From: an uncultured Clostridia bacterium
Lineage (GTDB): Bacteria; Bacillota; Clostridia; Christensenellales; UBA1242
DNA length: 64,000 nt
Direction: 5' to 3'
NCBI GenBank assembly: GCA_937893125.1
Contig: CALBHW010000059.1
Coordinates: 17,838 to 81,837 of the forward strand
Translations under genes and position numbers: made by a program
In this document: positions 22,401-31,400 of the stretch, piece after piece
How positions within the stretch are numbered: the first letter of the stretch is position 1
How the letters are laid out: every line of letters begins with the position of its first letter
Notes under the pieces: generated by a model
Seen by the model: the letters and a program-made list of their open reading frames with translations, nothing else
What the model was told of the DNA's origin: nothing
Database searches by the model: none

Positions 22401-25400
22401 TTTGACCTTATTATTAAGAGTGGGGCAACAAACATTGTTATTGAAAATAATGTCGACCCAAATGTTGTTATGGGACAACTTGAAAAATTCTCATTTGTTA
22501 TTACCGCTTATACAGATGTTGCGGGAGATACAATTGAGTATTATTGCGACAAAGTGCTTGATGGCACGACAATTGATGTCTCAAGTGTTAAAAAATCTTC
22601 TTCTAACGGTCAAATTTCATATACATTCACATTCTTCTATGTGAATAAACTTGAACCTTTAAAAGAATCCTTATATTACACATTTGAGTTCTATGCGTCA
22701 TCGAACCCACTTTCGACTAAGCAAATTACAATAACAATTACGCCACAAAAAGATTTGAACAGCATTTCTTCGCGTGTATACTCAGAAAGAGATAAAGACT
22801 TCCCACAATCACCAAGCCAAAACAATATTATATATAACGGGCGTCCTGCACTTTTAACTCTTGAAGCGTATCCATATCTAGCGGATTTCACAACGCTTAG
22901 ACTTAGGTATTTGACTTCTTCAACAAAAGCACTTTCAATTACGCAACTTGAATATAACGCTTCGCAAGCGGGGTCGGGCAATATGTTTAGCGTCAACCTA
23001 AATTACGGTGCGGAATATGATAGCACGGGAGCACTCATTGTGAGAAAGGAAAGTGCGCAAGATGTCTATGTAGGGAACGGCAACGGCGTGTATTCTTACA
23101 GTAGATTCTTCTTCTTTAGCCTTCTCATTCCAAGTGATACGGCTGATAAATCAGTGTATAATTTGATTGTCGATGTCGTGGATAGTAAGGGAAATATAGT
23201 ATTCTCGCAACCAATTGTTTTAAACACACTTTCAAAAACGGAAGTCGACCTTAAATTTGATGAAAGGTTTAAGGGCGCTGATGAAACATACTATCTTCCA
23301 GTCAACACAAAACAAAAACTTGATGTTGTAACAACAAATAATTATGAGACGGCAAATTGGGAAGTTTCGTCAACGGATGTAGTCTTGACACAAAGACAAA
23401 AGGAAATTTTCACTCCATACCTTGAAAATGGAGCATATTATGTCAACACTATGAATTTTAGCAAAAACGAGTTCTCAACTGACCTTATAGGAAAGACAAT
23501 TAAACTTACGTTGACTCTTGATAGCGGAAAAACGGCAGATGCAAAATCTATTTTATTCAACTTGTCACTCTTTACTGTAACAAACATCTCAGCAAACGGC
23601 GTGACTGACGGATATATGTCGGTTAAAAATTCCACAACGACTCCACTTCTTGTAGATATTGAAGCAGTTTACGACGAAAGCGTCGTGACTAGCGCAAATA
23701 ACTGGTACACAACTTGGTTTAACAAGTTCGGGGAAGATAATTCTGACTCTCTTTATCAACTTTTGACAAATAGCGGTTATTCAATTAGAGAGAACTTTGC
23801 GGATTATATTGCAAGTTTGCAAGAAAAGGTAACGAAAGCAAGTTTTGATTCAAAAGCAAAAGACGATTCCGCCTTTGTATCTGGCGTTTGGCTATACAAA
23901 AATGCGGAAGGAACGCTTAGTGCATTAAGATGTGGTTCGACTTATAATAACAAAACATTTGGCGTCGAAAATTATGAAGGTTACGTTGCAATTTATGGAT
24001 ATGAAGAAGATGTTAATTCGAGTTTGTCTTTGAATGTTAGACTTTCTTACTCAAATAGAAAAGACTCGGTTACATATAGGGGCATTCCAAATGTCGAAAA
24101 TTACAATTACGATGCGTCTGTCTATTCAAGTGTATTTACTTTCTCGCAAGATTTCATCTTAAACTTTGTTTCGGCACTTTCATTCTATAATCCAACACCT
24201 GTGTCGAGCGTAAAAGAATTTATGGAACTTGAAAATGACGAAAGCGGTGATTATAGGCTTATTTCTGACCTTATTTTGACGGATTTTAGACCTTTTGAAG
24301 CAAAATTTAAGAGTTTTGACGGTAATAATTATAAAATTTATATTTTGAGTTTTGCGGATACATCAAACGAGTCATCGTCGGGCAGTTTTGGGCTTTTCAC
24401 AAACATTTCATCAAGCACAATGATTTGCAATACGACAGTCTACTACACAAGTAGGGTGGATTATGATAGTAGAATTCAAGGCTATGTGCCACGTTCAACT
24501 CCAATGACACTTGACATTTCGGCTTACTCGTCAGTTAGATTTGGCGGGCTAAGCGTTACAAATAATGGCGTTATCACAAATTGTAAGGTGTCGGGGGCTG
24601 TTTCAATCGATTCTACGCGTGCTTCATCTTCTTCTAATCTTATGGGCGGACTTGTAAGTAGCAACGCTAGTTCAGGTTTTATTACAAATTCAAAGGTTAT
24701 TGACTTTAACTTTACCGCAAGCGGACAAATCGGCGGTTTTGTTGGAAAGAACGACGGAATGATTGTATCGAGCGCTTTTGAAAATAGCCAAATCCTTGGG
24801 CTTTCAGCAAATTGCGATATTGGTGGGTTTGTTTATGAAAACTCAGGCTCAATTTCCGAAAGTTTTGTACAAGGCGCAAGGGCAACGACCGATAGCGACA
24901 TAAGAAATACTGGTAGCGGAATTATTAGCCGTCTCGGTGGCAACATTGGTGCGTTTGTTTATGCAAATAACGCAACAATCAGTGATTGTTATACAAACAT
25001 TTTGGCTTCAACAAGTAAAAATAAATCGGGCTTTGTTTATACTGATAGTGGTTCGAGCGTTATAAGTAGGTGCTATTCAATCTTCTACAAGGCTTCGGGC
25101 GACAATACAACGGCTATTTATCCTTTTGTTGGACCAAATGGCGACGATATTCCACCAAGAGTTGTTGTCAATGGAACGCTAAACAATTGCTACTACTTAA
25201 CAGTCAAAACAAGTGGCTATTGGGCAACTGACTTGTTCTACACATCGTCTAGCCAAACTACTTCAGCTTATCAAACTCCAGACAATAAAAAGGCGTTTGG
25301 GCTTGAAGTTGACGACTTTGCGACGCACGATAGTTTTGCTAATTTTGATATGTCGTTAAAACCAAACACAGTAACTGTCGCATACAAGCAATATTATTAT

Positions 25401-28400
25401 GTCGACGGCTACACCTGGGTGATTATTGGCGGAAAACCACTTATTGTCTCAACATTAACGGATACAATAAGTATGCATAGTTACATTGGTAAAAAGAAAA
25501 ATTACTATCTTGATGACCAAGTTCTGTATAATTTGACTGAAGGGACAAAATTCCACACTGAAAGCACGGACGTTGGGCTAGAAAATAATTTGACCCTTAC
25601 AAAGTACTTTATTGAAAATACTGACGGCGTTTATAATGAAAAAGATGTTGTTTTCACAAAACTATACAACAAATCGCTTGCTCAAAGCACTTTTGAATAT
25701 AAGTTGGATAATGACTATTCATTGAAACTTGTGGCAAGTGAGACGGCGGAAGGCTTAAAATTTTCGTCAGCAGAATATGGCAACGGTGAAAAACAAATTT
25801 TGGATATAAAGGTTTTGTCAAAAGATAATATCTACATTGACCAAGATGACAATTTTAGGGCAAATGACACTGTCGTTATTGAAACCAATGACGCGGGCGA
25901 CATTTCAAGAATTACTCTTAAAACTCTTCAAAGCGCGTCCTATTACTATTCTGAAAATGTAAAGGATGTGTCTGAGCTTAAAGGAACAAGGACAAATCCA
26001 TATCTACTTTATGATTATGAGTCTTTTGTTGAGACATTGTCGGAAGATACGGACGGAAAGTTCTATAGACTTGTTAGAGATATTGATTTAGGAAACTCTT
26101 TTGTTAAGACATCTTCAAAGACATTTAGGGGCGTTTTACAAGGCAATCATATGACTTTGAGTAATCTTGCAATTTCCTACTTTAATAACCAAGAAAAAGT
26201 GGAAGATATGCATCTAAATCAAGAGTCATTCGGACTTTTTGCGGAGATTGCAACGGCAACAAAGGCGTCAATGCAAGATACGGTTATCAGTAATATTACA
26301 TTAAATGTGTCGGAAGTTATTTCAAATTCACACAAATATGTTGGTGCTTTATCAGGTAGACTCCTTGGTGGCAATGGCTCTAAAAAGATTTTCCTAAACA
26401 ACATAAACATTGTTGGAGATAGCAACACTTATCTTGCTGGCAAAAACGCAGTTGGTGCGTTGTCAGGGTTTGCAACGGGGAATGTTATTATAAAAGATAT
26501 TAACGTGTCGGCGTCTGTAAATGCGACATATAATGCACTGCTAAACAAAAAAGACATGCTGTACATTCGCGGGGCTTCGACTGACAAGGTGTCTTATGCG
26601 GGCGGAGTTGTAGGAATTTTCGATGTTACGGAAGTCGTTGACCCTTCAACCCTTAAAAACTATAACGCAAGTAATGTGAAAATTGACTCTTCGCGTGTTT
26701 ATCAAGGCAACATCGTCGGCTCGGCGTTTGGACTTGTTGGCGAAAATGCAATTGTGAATTATGTAAATGTTGAGTTTGACTTGGAAAGCAATTCTTACAT
26801 TAAAGCAACTGTCTATGCAGGCGGTTTAGTGGGTGAAAATAGGGGAAGAATTATAAGTTCTTCTGTAAAGTATCTTGGTCAAGAGTCAATGACAATGGAT
26901 ATCGCTCCAAGGCTTGACACGGCGGATAATATTTTCTTTGAAACACCAAACAACACCATTTCGGGACTCGGTGGACTTGTGGGGCTCAATAACGGTGGAT
27001 TTATTTCAAATTCCATTTCGACCCTAAATGTTAGAAACAAAACATCTGTCGTTGTCGGTGGCGCGGTAGGAAGAATGGTTGGTGGCGGACTTATAAATGT
27101 CGTTGCGACGGGCGCGGTTCTTGGTAGCAAAGTTGTTGGCGGGTTTATTGGCTCAGTCAATGATAGAGACATTTTAACAACGACCGAAGCGGGCTACAAC
27201 AAAAATGCTTTCCTTGACTTCACAAATTCTACGGTTAAAAAGAATTTTAATGCAAGAAGCGTTTATATGGGCGGAAATACTTTGCCAGATAATGTCACAA
27301 CACTTATTTCGTCTTGCGTTGCGGGTAATAACTATTTGTCAAGCGACTATTATGCACTAAATAATTTACTTATTTCAAATGAATACGCCTTTGCTGGATT
27401 TATTGGAATTATCGCGTTTTATTCAGAAAATGATGCAATAAGTCCAAATTGCAAAGATGCGATTATGTATGGCAATAAGAGTTATTTTGTGAACACACTT
27501 TATAGTTCTCAAAACACAAGTACCGTTTCAAAATATCTAAATTCAACCTATTATTCATCAAAACTTGATATTTTGTTTAGCAAAACGAGCGAAACAAACA
27601 TTTTGGGCAATGACGGCGAGCAAATGGTTTATCCATACAGAGTGCAAGATTTCTACTACGAGTCACAACAATCGGGTGTTTCTTATTCAATTAAAAAATA
27701 CACCAACACTCAAGAAGGAATCGACAGCCCAGTCATTTCAAGTGAACACGACAAGATTATTGATACAATTTACGAATTTGTTTCATACTCGCACGAATCA
27801 ATAAAAAATTCTTCCGAACTTTATACCGAAATTAACTACGACAAAGACGGTGATTGGAATACTGAATACAAAAACCGCTCCTACGACTGGTACAAAGCGC
27901 GTTTTGGAAAGTTCTATTATAAGAAAGTGGGCGAAAACATCGTAACGACAAACGATACAACTAGCGAATACGGCGAGTATATCCAAGTAACTGACACTGA
28001 AAGAGAAAACTTTATGAATTTCTATGAAGTTTCTAAAGATATTTTCGTAAAAATTTACTATATTTCAAGCCCAGTTGTGGAACATTTTGATTATTCAAGA
28101 AAGTTTACAAACACTAATAGCGAAATTTCTTTCACTGGCGAAAGCAAGGATAAAGTAAACGGCTACACATATAACAACCTTGACGAAATTAAAAAACAAA
28201 CGGCAATTATAATAAACGGCGTTCAAATTCCTATAACATTCAATGAAGGAGACTATGTAGAAGTAACGCAAGGTGAAGGGGAAGACAAAGAGTTTTTAAA
28301 CGGAACATACACTTCCTATCCAAATTTGACTCTTCCAAACGGGTGCGTTGTATCAAAACTTGTTTTTGAAGTGACTAAGGAAACCCTTGAAAATTCGGCG

Positions 28401-31400
28401 GTTACATTTGTTGTTAATAATGTTGAAATAACTTATTCTCTTACAAATGTTCCACTAAATAAAAAAGGTTTAACTTATCTTGAGTCGTCCTCTCGTGGTG
28501 AAGCGACTGCGTACGAACTAAAAGTTTCGACAAAACGCGTCATTTATAACGCCTACGAAAACGGCTACTGGTCATTTGATGATAACTTCTACTCAGACGA
28601 TTTCTCTCTTGCAACAAAATATCCAACAAACCTTGAGATTGCTGAGACTTACATTTGGAGTAGATTTGCTTCAAACGATGTCGGCGAGTCAATTAGGTCA
28701 GCAGAAGATTTAGCAAGAGTTGCAAGTAATGTCAATAGCGGGAAAAATAGTTATGAAGGAATAACATTGACTCTTGAAAATGACATTGATTTGAGTGGAA
28801 AATATTGGATTCCAATTGGAACGCTTGAACATCCATTTAAGGGCGAGTTTGACGGCAACGGGAAGAGTATTCAATATGTATCCGTAAATCAAAATTCAAA
28901 TGGTGTAACTTTTGATAGCACTGGCAATGTCAAATATGAGCCAACTCAAAATTACTTAGATTATTCGGGGCTTTTTGGTGTAATTAGTGGTGCAAACATT
29001 CACGACCTTTCAATCCTTGGAGGGGAAGTCGCGGGACTTGTTTCTGGCGGACTAGTCGGAAGGGCGGAAAATAGCACAATTTCAAACATCTTAAATAGAA
29101 ATAGCGCTTTTGGACTTGAAGTTGCTGGTGGAATAGTGGGCGAACTTGTGGGCGGAAGTTTGACAAATAGCAACAATTATGCACTAGTCACACTATCAAG
29201 CGTTGACGCACTTGATTTGTATGCTGGTGGGCTTGTGGGACAAGCGAAAGATACAACAATTGGTAATGATGAACATAATGTCGTTTCAAATTCGGGCAAA
29301 ATTACTGCGATTTCAACATATACAAGTTACATTGCAACAAATAGTCTTGTTAACTTGCATGTCGGCGGACTTGTCGGCAAAATGACAAATACAACACTAT
29401 CATACGCGCAAAATTCGGGGCTGATTAAGGTTCAAACAAACGCACATAAGCTGTACATTGGTGGAGCAGTAGGCGAAACGGAAAATGGCACCGTTCACGA
29501 TGTCAAAAATAACGGACAACTTGATGTTTCTCATTCTGGCGTTTATCAAGAGACGCATTCGGTGCTTGAAAACACTGCTCTTGACAAAGTGGAAAACGGA
29601 GAATACATTTATTCGACAGTTGATGTCGGTGGCGTTGTTGGATTATCAAGCAATTCGCTTAGCCTTTTGTCAAATTTGTCGTCAATTAAATTTGACGCAA
29701 TGTCGACAAATTCTTCGCATATTTCGTTAGGCGGAATTGTGGGAAGGTTAAAAAATGTTATTGATAATAAACTAACAGTTAGTGAATCTTACAATTCTGG
29801 AAGTATAGAATCTACATCCACGAATTCGACTACATTTGGGATCGGTGGCGTTGTTGGAACAATTGATTTAAACAAGTCAACTTTTGCTTCGTTTAGTGAC
29901 CCAATCGTTATTATATCAAACAACTACAATTCAGGTTCACTTTCAAGCGACAGCGTTTGTTTTGTCTACATGGGTGGCGTTGCTGGGTATGCTTATAACG
30001 AAAAAACAGTATCGCTTGGCGAATGTGTTATGCTCCAAAACAACATAAATATTGGATATGTAACAATTTATGATTATGTGGGGACAAGAAACGCGCTTGG
30101 CGCAATCATTGGTTCGTCAGCAAATTGCCTTCTAGTTAACCCATATGGCGATTTTAGTAGCGAAAATGTACTAGATAGAGTCTCATTTGACCTAAACAAC
30201 TTCTATTTGTCTGGTAGCGCGTATAGCGGAAGCAAGGTTTTCACTGGTTACTCAGTAAAAACTAGCGACGGGACATTTGACCCAGCAAGCGAAGTTGTTG
30301 ACGATAGTTTCTATAAAGAAGATAGCAAATTCTTCTTCTCGAAATCACTCTCTTCAACTGACCTTAAATTAAAAGCAAGTTTTGAAATGAGAAAAAAGAG
30401 TGAGACGGAAGATACAAGTTTTGCCTATGATTTTGATAACATTTGGGAACAAAAATATGGTACTTGGTATCCAACCTTGAAGAGAAATAAGAATACATCT
30501 TACTGGATAGATAATGCAAAAGAAGTTGTAACATCATCAACAGTTTACAATATTTCGACAGCAGATGAGTTGTCATATATGGCAAAAATGATAAATAGTG
30601 GCGAACTTGCAAGTTCAAACATCACAATTCGCCTAACTAAATCAATTGATTTGTCAAATAAGTTCTTTACACCTATTGGCACAACAAATAATCCGTTTAG
30701 AGGTACATTTGATGGCGGTTTCTACGAAATAAAGAACTTAACAATTGACGGCGATAGTAAGTATGTCGAATCGAACGGAAACGAAAGTTTTTCTAACGAT
30801 TTTGGTGGCTTGTTTGGTGTAACAAATGGCGCAACAATCAAAAATCTTGGCATCGAAAATCCTGTTGTTCAAGAAGTTTTGTATGCGTCGGGCGTTGTAT
30901 CTCAAGCAACGAACAGTTCGCTTGTCAGCTTGTATACTGATAGTGCGGAGTCAAGTCTTACGACATCTCCAAGTAAGATTGAAGGGACTTTTGGCGCGGG
31001 TGGAATAGTGTGTTCACTTATAAATAGCAAAGACTTCGGCAATGTCAAAAAGGGACTTTACAATAGTTACAACAATGTCTATGTTTTAGCGGGCGCGGAA
31101 AATGCTTCAAAAGTGGGCGGACTTGTAGGCGAAATGGTTGCAAGTTTCACCTATAACTGCTACAACAACTACTACGGCGTTGTGACTGTTACTGATTCTG
31201 GAACTTCGGCAGGTGGAGTCGTTATCGGAAGGGCAGACAAAGACAGTAAAATCGGAAATGTTTTCAATCTTTCACCAAAACTTAATTCCTTAAAAGGTAA
31301 TTCTGTTGATAACGGACCTGCGCTTTATAGATTGTCGCTTGAAGACGGCAAGGTTTACAAAACGGAAGAAACACTTTCTTTTGATATTTTGGAAGATTAT